DNA of 63,698 nt, the filler included, from Octopus bimaculoides (lineage: Eukaryota), in the NCBI RefSeq assembly GCF_001194135.2. It is 5 parts of 5 records of this genome, joined end to end, with 100 filler letters (N's around TTAATTAATTAA, not from the genome) between each part and the next. Parts side by side here need not be neighbours in the genome. Positions count along the whole stretch, not along the records: positions 26,942 to 56,205 come from NC_068992.1; 4 more parts are not named here. One strand, given 5' to 3'. Positions 38,761 through 50,258 of this stretch are shown in pieces. Position numbers and translations under genes: made by a program. Numbering within the stretch: the stretch's first letter is position 1; every line of letters begins with the position of its first letter. The notes under the pieces were generated by a model. The model saw only the letters and a program-made list of their open reading frames with translations. It made no database searches and had not been told where the DNA came from.

Positions 38761-40080
38761 TGTGAGAATATGATGCCCTCCCCCCCGTAAGAATGGACTG
38801 GACCACTACATATAAATAGTAGTGGTCTGAGTAAGTGAGGTAGTTAGTGCTAGTTCTACAGTTTGTGTGTTGATAGTTCAAAGTTGGAGAACAAAGTTCA
38901 CAGCTTGAGTTAGCGTGTTGGATGGTTGGTCCTTAAAAGATTGTTGTTACATTCCGTGTGGTTACAGCAATTTGTTTCGATTATATTGTTATTACACTAT
39001 TGTAGTGTATTCGTTTATCCATAAGGATATAACATCTGGCAATGAGAATCGTTCGAAACTCACATTGGTCATCTGAGAATTTCTGCATCATGGAAAACCT
39101 ATTAGCCGCAGTAGTACAGCTTCAAGAGAAGCAACAGGAACAAACTACAGTTACAAAAAACAAATACTACAACAACAACAATTAATTGAGTTACAATCAG
39201 CGAAGTCTGAAAATCCAGTAAGCTTGTTTATGCCAGAAGACGTAGTTAATGCAATTTCTGAATTTACGTATAATCTAGAGGAGGGTATTACATTTCCTGC
39301 GTATTATAGAAGATATATAGAAATTTTTAACAAGTGCAAGTCATGGTTGGAGGAGCAGAAAGTAAGGCTTTTACTACGCAAAGGTAGCTCGAGACTGGCT
39401 TCCAAAAAACCGTTGAACTGCAAAAATTCAAATGTGTTGTCCTGGGAAACACAATAAAAAAAAAGGGTCAGGTCTCAATCCGCGTTAGGGTTGTGGAGGC
39501 CAATACTACAAAAAGGATTGTCCATTTAAAAACAAAAAGTGTTATAGTTGTCAGAAGCTGAGACACAGTTCTCATTGTAGAACAAGACTATGAGGCTCAA
39601 ACAGAAAAATGTTCTGAGGTGTTTTCAGTAGAGAGTGATTACTATGAAGAAACAAGAAAATTCATGCATGTAAAAATAAATGATGTGAATACTAAATTAC
39701 AGTTAAATGCAGGTAGTAACATCTTGGGAAATGCTCAGAGTATTTGACAATTAATACACACAGAGGATTGTACAGATACACAAGATTACCTTTTGGATTA
39801 TTCCAGCAATATTCCAGCAAATCATGGATACTATGTTACCTGATTGTTAATTTGCAATCCTGTACTTGGACGATATTTTGACCAAGAGTAATTCTCATGA
39901 ACAGCATGTGGAACACATGAAAGTTGTATTTAAGAAAATTAGTTTTTGGGTTCATTTTGAGTGAATAAAAAATCTTCCAGCTTTACAAGCATTGGAATTG
40001 AAATTTGCACTATTTACCTGCAGAAAAGCACCATCCTACATTCTGCAAGAATCCTAAGAAAAATTTGAGATAAGATAAGA
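38761..40080 (+). mobile_element. Gypsy (Mag-like) LTR retrotransposon remnant: 5' LTR about 38761-39034, PBS 39037-39046, decayed gag-pol
   Basis: TG...ACA bounded LTR with a TATAAAT box, followed by TGGCAATGAG and then EDVVNAISEFTYNLEEGITFPAYYRRYIEIF...KVRLLLRK. Confidence 0.75.
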
Positions 40081-40119
40081 TATCTGCTAACTAAATTAGC
40101 ATGCACAACAACAACAACA

Positions 40120-40495
40120 ACAACAAGAGCACTCAGAGTGCGCAAACCTCCGCCAAGGCAATACAAACGTCCTCTCAACGATTAGCTGGAGAAGATTTTT
40201 AAAATGAGAATATCTGAAATAAACTTGACTACTCTCCCAAACTAGAATACTAAAAATGAATCTGGCCACTCTCAAAAATTAAGTAAAAGAACAGAAAAAT
40301 AATCCAGAATTCTTGTTCAGTACTGGATTCATCCCAAAATCTAATCAGTTTGTGCCAGTCACGAGACCAAACATACCTGACAGTTTCATCCGAATCCATT
40401 CAGCGGTTTTTGAAATATCTCGTCCATGGACAAACAAACAAACAAACACTACTGAAAACAATACCTTCGTCTTCACTAAGGTGGAGACAATAATG
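40120..40495 (+). mobile_element. Non-autonomous Helentron-like (HINE-type) element
   Basis: Subterminal complementary motifs ACCTCCGCCAAGG and CTAAGGTGGAG, an internal (CAAA)n, and an AATCTAATCAGTT core. Confidence 0.5.
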
Positions 40496-40913
40496 GTTTC
40501 AAATTTTGCCATAAGGGCAGCTTTTTTGCGGGGAGAGATAAGTTGATAACATCAACCCTAGTATTCAACTGGTACTTAATCTATTGACCCTGAAAGGATG
40601 AATGGCAAAGTCAACCTCAGCGGAATTTGAACTCAGAATGTAGCGACATGCGAAATACCACTAAGCATTTTGTCCAGCGTGCTTATGATTCTGCCATTTC
40701 GCTGCCTTCAATAATAATAATAATAATAGTAATAATAATAATAATAATAATAATCTAAGCACAAGCTAGCAAATTGTGGGGAGGTGTTAGGCAATTAAGT
40801 TCACCCCAATGCTTAAAAGGTAATTTATTTTGTTAACCCTGGAGGGGTGAAAGACTAACTTGACTTGAACTCAAAAATGAACTAGGCAAAACTAAATACC
40901 AAAAACCATTTTA

Positions 40914-41134
40914 CGGAGATGTACTTGCATAGCAAGTGACCTGATCTGAGATCGTGTGCTGGAACGAAAACAATTGCAGCGTGGAAGGTGTTTATAAGCC
41001 ATTTAAAATAACACACAAAATCCATTAGATTCACTTCAACATTTAAATTTAATTTGTCAAAATATTTTCGTCGCTTTGAGAGCGCGACCTGTTCACTGAC
41101 AAAATTCTGTGCTGATTTTGTGTGTTATTTTAAA
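40914..41134 (-). mobile_element. Non-coding PLE-terminal-like repeat hosting the hammerhead fold, with a 21-bp inverted duplication
   Basis: Perfect inverted repeat TTTAAAATAACACACAAAATC (41002-41022) and GATTTTGTGTGTTATTTTAAA (41114-41134) brackets the ribozyme fold. Confidence 0.45.
41051..41106 (-). ncRNA. Type I hammerhead ribozyme-like fold with G3-C8 variant core (PLE type)
   Basis: Minus strand: AATTTTGTCA GTGAACA G GTCGC gctctcaaa GCGAC GAA AATATT T TGACAAATT. Helix I has at least 7 bp, helix II has 5 bp, helix III is palindromic, and the triplet is UUU. Confidence 0.6.
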
Positions 41135-41977
41135 CCATTTTGTTTGTCACTAACAGAGATTTCTGACAAAGATGTAATCTCGGGTGAGGAACACAAGTCA
41201 TTAAATAAGCTGTAGTAAATTCCTGTAACTTATTTTATCAATCCTACAAGTATAAATAGCTAAGTCAACCCATATGAGATCTGGATGTAAAGGGAGATAA
41301 CCAAATACCTAACGCTTTTAGCTTCATATGTAATTTATAATGTAGGGCACATTGCCTGAAATTGGGGGCCGAGAGCAGTCGATTATATTGATCCTGGTAC
41401 TTATTTATACTTGCTTTTATTGTTGCCTTTTGATAGGCCCTCCCTCCCTCTGATCTGTCTCTCTCACTCATTCCTACAACCCTCTCCTTCCTTGTGCTAC
41501 AGGGGTAGCCAAGTATCTTCTCTGTAGTAAGACAGCTATCCTTGTCCTGCCATGCTCCAATCTCTTCCTTGACACATGATCACTTCTCCCCTCTTCTAAG
41601 CTGAAAGGTCCTTGTCTTGCAAGTAATGTGGCGAGATCCTGTGGGTGCCGATGCACATAGAAAAACACCTGTGCTGGCACCATGTAAAAAGCAGCCATGC
41701 TTGGGCCATGCACAAACAACTCATGCTGGTACCACATAAAAAGCACTCCATAAAGTGGTTGGTATTAGGAAAGGTATCCAGCCATAGAAACCATGCCAAA
41801 ATAGACGACTGGAGTCTAGAGCAGCCCCTTGGTTTGCCACTTCCTGTCAAATCATCTACCCCATGCCATCATGGAAGTCCTTTATATCAGGACAGTGGGG
41901 CCTTGTCGCTGCTCTGCCCTTCAGAATGGCGAAAAATTAAACAATAATTGATCACTGTAGTTAGTTTTTATCTTCTA

Positions 41978-42272
41978 CTGGTTATAGTCATTTGACTATG
42001 GGGACATAAACACACCGACACCAGTTGTCAAGTAGTGTTTGGGGTAGGGTGGAGATGGTAGAGAAACAGATAACACACGTGCGCGTGCGCACACACACAT
42101 ACACACACAATGGGCTTCTTTTAATTTCCATCCATCAAATCCGCTGACAAGGATTTGGTTAACCTGAGGCTATAGTAGAAGACACTTGCTCAAGGTACCA
42201 TGTAGTGGAAATGAACACAGAACCATGTGGTTGGGAAGTAAACTTCTTACTACACAGCCACAGCTGAACCTA
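41978..42272 (-). mobile_element. SINE family A, diverged
   Basis: Head and core motifs are recognisable. Confidence 0.8.
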
Positions 42273-42324
42273 TAGTAACAATAAAGGTACATAAAAGAAA
42301 TATATTCTGAAACGCATGACTTAC

Positions 42325-42516
42325 CTCTTGTATCATAGTAGCAGCCAATGAGTAGATGATTCCTACCCAAAATTCCTCAGCCTGGCAATTAGTTGTATCC
42401 TTCATGCAATCCAGTCTACCACCATTGATGGCACCACAGTTACCATTATTCAATTTCATTACATTATGTTCATAAATCACATTCAACACACTTCTGACCT
42501 TTTGTGATGGAAATAC
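42325..42516 (-). CDS. GBA2: GBA2 exon: VFPSQKVRSVLNVIYEHNVMKLNNGNCGAINGGRLDCMKDTTNCQAEEFWVGIIYSLAATMIQE
   Basis: Matches GBA2 VFP...GAVNG...Q..E.WVG..Y.LAATMIQE. cag acceptor, gtaagt donor, 192 nt. Confidence 0.96.
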
Positions 42517-42589
42517 CTGCAATATACAATGGAACATTCCAGATCACATTTGATAAAGGAAACACATATATTAGATATTTTAATATTTT

Positions 42590-42895
42590 GCTAGTATTAG
42601 TTTGTCTGTCCTTACGTTCTGATTTCAAATTCTGCCGAGGTTGACTTTGCCTTTTATCCTTTCGGGGTCGATAAATTAAGTACCAGTTGCATACTGGAGT
42701 CGATCTAATCGACTGCCCCCCTCCCCCCCCAAAAAAGAAAATTTCAGGCCTTGTGCCTGGGGTAGAAAAGAATATTTTGCTAATATTGTTTTTCAGATTT
42801 TGGCACAAGGCCAGCAATATTAGGTAAGAGGCTAAGTTGATTAAATCGACCCCCCACCCCGCCAGTACTCAACTGGTACTTATTTTATCAACTCC
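42590..42895. mobile_element. Tail-to-tail pair of SINE family B copies (+ 42590-42785, - 42790-42895)
   Basis: Direct motif match on opposite strands. Confidence 0.8.
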
Positions 42896-43710
42896 CTAAT
42901 GGTGGGTGCTGTGCTAGGAAGAGCATCCAGCCAGAGAAACCATGTCAAAGCAGACATTGGGGCACAGATCTGCAGTTTTTGGATCTTAGCAAACCATCCA
43001 ACTCATCCCAGTATGGAAAATGGACATTAAATGATGATGATGATGATGATGATGATGATAATGATGATGCTATATATATAAATAAAAAGGAATACAAAAA
43101 ATGGGACAAGAACACAAGACATCCAGACAACTAGGTGATACAAAAAAGGGACAACAAAACATCCAGACAGATGATACAAAAAAGGAACAAGAAAAAACAC
43201 GGACGGGTCATTCGAAGTTTTCTTTTCTCAGTCAAATTCCAGATTAGCTTTGCAATTTCAGTTGGTTATATTCGAGATTGCTCCAATCTGGCCAGCCCCA
43301 AGGAAAAACAAAGCTAAGAGCATTAGATTCCTTGGAAGAAAGCAAGCGAATGTATACGAAAAGATGGAAAAAAAAAAAAAACTGGAGAAATGGTACACAA
43401 ATACAAATGCAAATAACAGGACATAACAACAGGAGTCTTTCGACTAAGGACGAATTAAATTAAGCTGGCAGGGACATAAGGGATGACAGATAAATATATA
43501 TGAGAGGTATTGGTGTCAAGAAGACCAAAGGTGTCAGGGAATGCTGAGTAAGTGCTATGGACAGACTATAGTTAAGCTCCAGGTTCGGTAATTATGCGAA
43601 TAAGGAGTCCAACGTAGGTCAAATATCAGCAAGTGTATATAAAAAAAAATTAACAGAATGGGATAAAAGTCCAAGGCTGTGAAAGTTTTCAGAACATTTA
43701 TAAAGAGAAG

Positions 43711-43758
43711 GTCTTACAGCTGTTTCCGGGATATTTTATATATCACTTCATCAGAGGT
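43711..43758 (-). ncRNA. Hammerhead ribozyme core (PLE type), helix I decayed
   Basis: Minus strand: CTGATGA a gtgatat ataaa atatccc g GAAACAGCTGTA agac. Canonical core, palindromic helix III, GUA triplet. Confidence 0.55.
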
Positions 43759-44265
43759 GGTGCGAGAAAATGCTTAAGTAATAGTTATTGTAGAGAAGAT
43801 ATGAAGTACAGAGTGAAGTAGAGGAATGAAAACAGACATGAGTTATGTAGGGATAGTGTGTCTGCAGTTCCATTATTTAAGCAGAATGGTGTATATATAA
43901 GTTTCCTGAACATTGTGAGTTCCAATGGTGTTTATAATTGGTCATTCCAAGCATAGAGTCTTGTGAATGGTGTTATTTGATCCCTCACCTCTCCTTTCCT
44001 TCTATCATTTTATCCTGACCACTAGGTAGCACACCTTCTCTTTCTTAATTTCTTTATTGTCTCTCTCCCTCTGTTTTTTTCTCTCTTCTTGCTTTTGACT
44101 TGACCTTACAAACACATCCCCAACTTGTAAGTCACTTCAAAAAAAACCTCGATCAAATAACACTGTTTACAAAACTCTATGCTTGGATTAACCAATTATA
44201 AATGCCTTCTCTTTATAAATGTTCTGAAAACTTTATAGCAGTCTTGGATTTTTTATCTCATTCTG

Positions 44266-44305
<40 letters not shown>

Positions 44306-44409
44306 CATCATCATCATCATTGGCAAAGTTTCTATAGCTGGATGCCCTTCCTAACACCATCTCATGGATGCCCTTCCAATATATATATATATTGATTGTG
44401 GGTCAGTAA

Positions 44410-44880
44410 GAGTTCCATCAGTTGTGATGGTACTCTTGTTGACAGGAAGGAACTAAGCTAAAAATTGTGAAATATATGAAGCATGTAGGTGGAGTGGGCA
44501 ATTTTGCAATATGAAATGCATGTAAGATAAGGGCAAAAACCCACTGGAGGGTGACAAGTCTCTAGAAGACCTGGCTTTACAAAATTTCTATTGGTGGTCA
44601 GTAATGAAGAAGAGAGTTTGGAGATGATGGAGGAAGTTGTTGTTAAATGCTGTGCCCATCATCTTTGAAATATTGGAAATGAATGAGCAAGGAGAGTTGA
44701 CAGTGTGAGAAGAATAGCCCTTCTTTGGAATGGGTTGCACTGTATTGTTGTACTGTGTTCCCAGAGATTGTAATATGTCCTTGTAGAGTAAAAGAATTGT
44801 AGAAGAGTTTGAAAAAGATAAGGGCTAGCTCTGTGGAGCATTCATTGAGGTTAAAGGATGGGACATTATTAGGCCCAGTG
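44410..44880 (-). mobile_element. Degenerate CR1/Jockey-group LINE RT fragment
   Basis: LNECSTELALIF.KLF followed by frameshifted pieces resembling PIPKKG..NYRPISLL. Confidence 0.5.
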
Positions 44881-44979
44881 GCTCTATCATGTTTGTGAGG
44901 TGAATGGAAGGAAGATTCTGTATAATCAGTAGAAACATGTTTTTGGAAAGGGAATGAGATAAATGGTTGCTGTACTTAC

Positions 44980-45089
44980 TAAGTCATCCTGAATACCTGA
45001 AGCTCTGATGAACCATTGACCAATAAGTTGAGCTGCCATGATACTGTCATGGTAGGGTTTATCACTGCAATCGTAGTTATAGTATAAAC
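44980..45089 (-). CDS. GBA2: GBA2 exon: LYYNYDCSDKPYHDSIMAAQLIGQWFIRASGIQDDL
   Basis: YYNYD...SIM..Q..GQWF motif. Polypyrimidine tract plus cag acceptor, gtaagt donor, 110 nt. Confidence 0.95.
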
Positions 45090-45215
45090 CTGAAATGATG
45101 AGAAAGTGAAACCAGTAAGGTGACTGTTTAGCAGGACAACAATTAGTAAGTAATAATTACTAAATAGACAATAATTCACAAAGAGGCAATAATTCATCGG
45201 ATCAATATAAGACAA

Positions 45216-45375
45216 GTGCACTGGTAAGAAGCTTGCTTCCCAACCACATGATTCTGGGTTCAGTTCCACTGTGTGGCACTTTGGGCAAGTGTTTTCGACA
45301 ATAGCCTTGGGTTGACCAAAGCCTTGTGAGTGGATTTGGGAGATGGAAATTAAAAGAAGTTTATTGTATATACTC
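45216..45375 (+). mobile_element. SINE family A, 5' part (runs into a gap)
   Basis: Head and core motifs. Confidence 0.85.
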
Positions 45376-46112
45376 ACACACACACACACATTATATATAT
45401 ATATATATATACATATATNNNNNNNNNNNNNNNNNNNNNNNNNNNNNNNNNNNNNNNNNNNNNNNNNNNNNNNNNNNNNNNNNNNNNNNNNNNNNNNNNN
45501 NNNNNNNNNNNNNNNNNNNNNNNNNNNNNNNNNNNNNNNNNNNNNNNNNNNNNNNNNNNNNNNNNNNNNNNNNNNNNNNNNNNNNNNNNNNNNNNNNNNN
45601 NNNNNNNNNNNNNNNNNNNNNNNNNNNNNNNNNNNNNNNNNNNNNNNNNNNNNNNNNNNNNNNNNNNNNNNNNNNNNNNNNNNNNNNNNNNNNNNNNNNN
45701 NNNNNNNNNNNNNNNNNNNNNNNNNNNNNNNNNNNNNNNNNNNNNNNNNNNNNNNNNNNNNNNNNNNNNNNNNNNNNNNNNNNNNNNNNNNNNNNNNNNN
45801 NNNNNNNNNNNNNNNNNNNNNNNNNNNNNNNNNNNNNNNNNNNNNNNNNNNNNNNNNNNNNNNNNNNNNNNNNNNNNNNNNNNNNNNNNNNNNNNNNNNN
45901 NNNNNNNNNNNNNNNNNNNNNNNNNNNNNNNNNNNNNNNNNNNNNNNNNNNNNNNNNNNNNNNNNNNNNNNNNNNNNNNNNNNNNNNNNNNNNNNNNNNN
46001 NNNNNNNNNNNNNNNNNNNNNNNNNNNNNNNNNNNNNNNNNNNNNNNNNNNNNNNNNNNNNNNNNNNNNNNNNNNNNNNNNNNNNNNNNNNNNNNNNNNN
46101 NNNNNNNNNNNN

Positions 46113-46375
46113 TGCCAGTGCCCCTGGACTGGCTTGTGCAGGTGGCACATAAAAGACACCATTTCGAGCGTGGCCGTTTTCATGCGGGTGACACGTAAAA
46201 GCACCCACTACACTCTCTGAGTGGTTGGCGTTAGGAAGGGCATCCAGCTGTAGAAACCATGCCAAATCAGACTGGAGCCTGGTGTTGCCATCCGGTTTCA
46301 CCAGTCCTCAGTCAAATCGTCCAACCCATGCTAGCATGGAAAGCGGACGTTAAACGATGATGATGATGATGATGA
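46113..46375 (+). mobile_element. RTE-type 3' tail repeat (family C) ending in (GAT)n
   Basis: TGGTTGGCGTTAGGAAGGGCATCCAGC...CCAACCCATGCTAGCATGGAAAGCGGACGTTAAACGATGAT. Other copies at 31305 +, 35522 -, 41480 +, 42895 +, 51228 -, 52040 -, 53010 -, 54948 - and 55150 +. Confidence 0.8.
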
Positions 46376-46380
46376 TATAT

Positions 46381-46850
46381 GTAGGCGCAGGAGTGGCTGT
46401 GTGGTAAGTAGCTTGCTTACCAACCATGTAGTTCCAGGTTCAGTCCCACTGTACGACACCTTGGGCAAGTGTCTTCTACTATAGCCTCGGGCTGACCAAA
46501 GCTTTGTGAGTGGATTTGGTAAACAGAAACTGAAAGAAGCCTGTCGTATATNNNNNNNNNNACAGAAACTGAAAGAAGCCTGTCGTATATATATGTGTGT
46601 GTGTGTGTATATATCTATGTGTGCGTGTGTGTGTGTCTGTCTGTCCCCCACTCCATGCCTGACAACTAGTGTTGGTGTATTTGCGTCCTCGTAACATGGC
46701 GCTTCACCAAAAGTGAATGACAGAGTAAGTACTAGGCTTAAAAAACAATAAGTCCTGGGGCCCATTTGTTCAACTGAAACCCATCAAGGTGGTGCTCCAG
46801 CATGGCTGCAGTCAAATGTCTGAAACAAGTAGAAGATTAAAAGTATAAAA
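46381..46850 (+). mobile_element. SINE family A, full length
   Basis: Head, core, internal microsatellite and 3' GGTGCTCCAGCATGGC tail. Confidence 0.9.
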
Positions 46851-47589
46851 GAAAAAAGGCTGGTCCCTAATACATAAACTCATCAACAGTATCAAGCCTT
46901 TAAACTTTATCCTCCCTCTTTAAAGATGCCATATCACAGAAGTTTCTATGTCAGTGCCTTCTCTCACTGTACTCCACCACTTTCGCTAAACTCAACTGAA
47001 GCAGCTGTGGTTCTTCTTCTTCCAATCAAACTCTTGTAGCTCCCTCACCCTTCGTCACAATTGCGATAGATTTACTCCCTTTGTTCTTTGTCAGTACAAC
47101 ATACCAGCAAGCGTTTCCTGAAACAGTTCAAACGAAACATTAACACTTTACATTTAAAATGGCCCAAATATTCCACCTGTTTTGTGTTCAAAATGGTTAG
47201 ATTTGGCCTTGCATACCTATTCAACAATATCATTCTAAAAAGGCGGTGAGCTGACAGAATCGTTTGTATGCTGGGCAAAATTCTTAGTGGTATTTTGTCT
47301 GCTGTTAGGTTCTAAGTTCAAATTCCTTTTCTACTCTAGGTACAAGGCCCGAAATTTTGGGGAAGCAGGCCAGTCAATTAGATCAACCCCAGTACACAAC
47401 TGGTACTTAGTTTATCGAACCCAAAAGGATGAAAGGCAAAGTCGACCTTGGTGGAATTTGAACTCAGAATGTAAAGACAAACAAAATACCGCCAAGCGTT
47501 TTGCCTGGCGTGCTACCGATTCTGGCAGCTTACCGCCTTGTTCTGATTGAAAAAAGCCTTGAAACAACCAAGGAAACTTTTATGGCTCC

Positions 47590-47900
47590 ATGGTAGTGAG
47601 TAGTGAGTTCGATTCCTGGACCAGGCTGTGTTGTGTTCCTGAGCAAGACACTTCATTTCATGTTGCTCCAGTTCACTCAGCTGTAGAAATGAGTTGCGAC
47701 GTCGCAGGTGCCAAGCTGTATCGGCCTTTGCCTTTCCCCTTGGATAACATCAGGGGCATGGAACAGGGAGGCTGGAATGCATGGGTGACTGCTGGTCTTC
47801 CATAAACAACCTTGCCTGGAGTTGTGCCTTGGAAGGGAACTTTCTACGTGCAATCCCATGGTCGTTCATGACCAAAAAGGGCCTTTATCCTTTACCCTCA
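47590..47900 (+). mobile_element. Another tRNA-headed SINE with a CORE/Meta-like body
   Basis: B box GAGTTCGATTCC, body GAGCAAGACACTT..TTTCA.GTTGCTCCAGTTCACTCAGCTG, TTTACC-type tail. A related reverse copy lies at about 58470-58735. Confidence 0.65.
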
Positions 47901-48525
47901 AGGCCTCTGCATCATATAACAAATACAATAAATAACCCTCTCTACTATAGGCACAAGACCTGAAAGTTTGGAGGAGGGAGTAAATTGCCTACACTGACCC
48001 AATCACCACCAGTGCTCAACTGATACTTGTTTCATCAACCCTGGAAGGATAAAAGGCAAAGCTGAACTTGGCAGGATTTGATCTTAGGATGTAAAATTAG
48101 GCGAAATGCTGCTAAGCATTTTGTTCGGAGGAGGAGGAGGGCAGCATTGATCTCAGTATGCTTTGTTGCAAAAGTACAGCCTGAATATACAACTATTTCT
48201 AAGTTGGCAGACACATTAGCATGTCAGGCAAAATGCTTAGCGGTATATTGTCTGTCTTTATGTTCTGAGTTCAAATTTCATCAGGGTTAACTTAGTCTTT
48301 TATCTTTTTGGGGGTCGATAAAATAAGTACCAGCTGAACACTGGGGTCAATGTAATCAACTTAACCCACCCCCAAAATTGCTGGCCTTGAGACAAAGTTT
48401 AGAACCAATATATAACAATTGGAATATTCTTATCCTAAGTCTGTCTGATGACATCAATAAGAAATAACATATACAAAAATAACAACAAAAGAAAAAAACC
48501 CAAAAAGATGAAAATGTTTGAATAC

Positions 48526-48668
48526 CATTCCATAGTTTTTTGTCAAATGATTCTTTTCCTTCGTGCAAGATCTCAGTGAACTTTATTTCAGTGTCTCTGT
48601 CTTCAAGAATTTTAGCCATTTCTACAGTGAGACGCAGAGCAGCCAACCAAATTCCTCCACAGTAAGCA
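48526..48668 (-). CDS. GBA2: GBA2 exon: AYCGGIWLAALRLTVEMAKILEDRDTEIKFTEILHEGKESFDKKLWN(G)
   Basis: SAYCGG.WLAA...LWNG motif. tag acceptor, gt donor, 143 nt, phases compatible with both neighbours. Confidence 0.96.
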
Positions 48669-49394
48669 CTACAATATTGGTAAAAGAAAAAAAATTAAAT
48701 TACAGAAATCTTCTATGTAAGAAACTACCAGGCTTCTTTCTTCAATATCTATATTCTAAAAGGTGGCGAGTTGGCAGAAATGTTAGCATGCTGGGTGAAA
48801 TGCTTATTGGTATTTTGTCTGCTGTTACGTTCTGAGTTCAAATTCTGCCGAGGTCGACTTTGCCTTTCAACCTTTCGGGGTAGATAAATTAACTACCTGT
48901 TGCATACTGGGGGTCGATCTAATTGACTTAATTCCTTTGCCTGTCCCTGTTTGTCCCCTTTATGCTTAGCACCCTGTGGGCAATAAAGAAATAAATATAT
49001 TTATTTACTAAAAGGCGGTGAGCTGGCAGAAATGTTAGCACGTCAGGTGAAATGCTTAATGGTATTTCGTCTGTCTTAATGTCCTGAGTTCAAATTCTGC
49101 CAAGGTTGACTTTGCCTTTCATCCTTTCGGAGTCAATAAATTAAGTACCAGTTGTGTACTGTGGTCGATCTAGTCGACTGGCCCCCTCCCCAACAATTTT
49201 GGGCCCTGAGCCAAGAGTAAAAAAAAATATTTAAATTCTAAGATATCAAAGAATGGGTCAATGAAAGTCAAACTTGGTTAAGTCTTGAGAACTACTAACT
49301 TTCTACATTAACAATGCATAGTAACTTAATGCACATGTATAGTAATTATATATATAGTAATAAAGTAGGTGTACTAACTGTGTATACTAACTAT

Positions 49395-49745
49395 GTTGTG
49401 GTACTCCGTCGTTTATGACAACGAGGGTTCCAGTTGATCCCATCAACAGAACAGCCTGCTCAAGAATGAATGTGTAAGTGGCTGAGTACTCCTCAGACAT
49501 GTGTATCCTTAACGTAGTTCTCGGGGAGATTCAGCATGACACAGAGTGTGACAAGGCTGGCCCCCTTTGAATTACAGGTACAACAGAAACAGGGAGAAAG
49601 AGTGAGAGAAAGAGGACAGCAGGGTTCACCACCGTCCCCTTTCGGAGCCTTGTGGAGCTTTAGGTGTTTTCGCTCAATAAACACTCACAATGCCCGGTCT
49701 GGGAATTGAAACCATGATCCTACGACCACAAGTCCACCAAGTGTC
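49395..49745. mobile_element. Two abutting SINE fragments (3' body on +, tRNA head on -)
   Basis: Minus strand GGTTTCAATTCCCAGACCGGGC B-box region. A similar head lies at 19690-19760 on +. Confidence 0.5.
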
Positions 49746-49859
49746 TAACCTCTCTGTAGATCAACATACTTAGCTATGGCTATGGAATACGAGTAGATAC
49801 TCCACACTCTTCACAATTTAAGGATTAGAAACACCGTCATCATTCTTTTATCTTTTTTT

Positions 49860-50058
49860 TTTATTTGCTTCAGTCATTTGAATGTGGCCATGCTGGAGCA
49901 CCGCCTTTAGCCGAACAAATCGACCCCAGGACTTATTCTTTGTAAGCTTAGTACTTATTCTATTGGTCTCTTTTGCCAAACTGCTAAGTTACGGGGATGT
50001 AAACACACCAGCATCAGTTTCAAGCGATGGTGGGAGAGACAAGCATAGACACACAAAC

Positions 50059-50103
<45 letters not shown>

Positions 50104-50258
50104 CAACAAGCTTCTCTCAGTCTCCATCTACCAAATCCACTCACAAGGCTTTGGTTGGCTTGAGGCTATAGTAGAAGACACTTGCCAAAAGGTGGGACTG
50201 AACCTGGGACCATATGGTTGGTAAGCAAGCTACTTACCACACAGCCACTCCTGTGCCT
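49860..50258 (-). mobile_element. SINE family A, full length
   Basis: Colinear with the other copies. Confidence 0.9.

Larger units (their letters stand above)
47243..49225. mobile_element. Cluster of SINE family B copies in both orientations around the 48526-48668 exon
   Basis: + 47243-47325, - 47328-47540, - 47938-48125, + 48200-48405, + 48757-48993, + 49011-49225. Two alternative 3' tails are visible. Confidence 0.85.

Noticed and set aside
46523-46590. 29-bp direct repeat across a 10-N gap (similar duplicated blocks flank the gap at about 27758)
   Set aside because: This is typical of unmerged overlapping contig ends, not a real duplication.
46860-47240. Coding exon suggested by ORF 47072-47278 (KQVEYLGHF)
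   Set aside because: It does not fit the GBA2 exon chain, which is complete between 48526 and 45089. It is more likely a decayed RT fragment that I could not assign.
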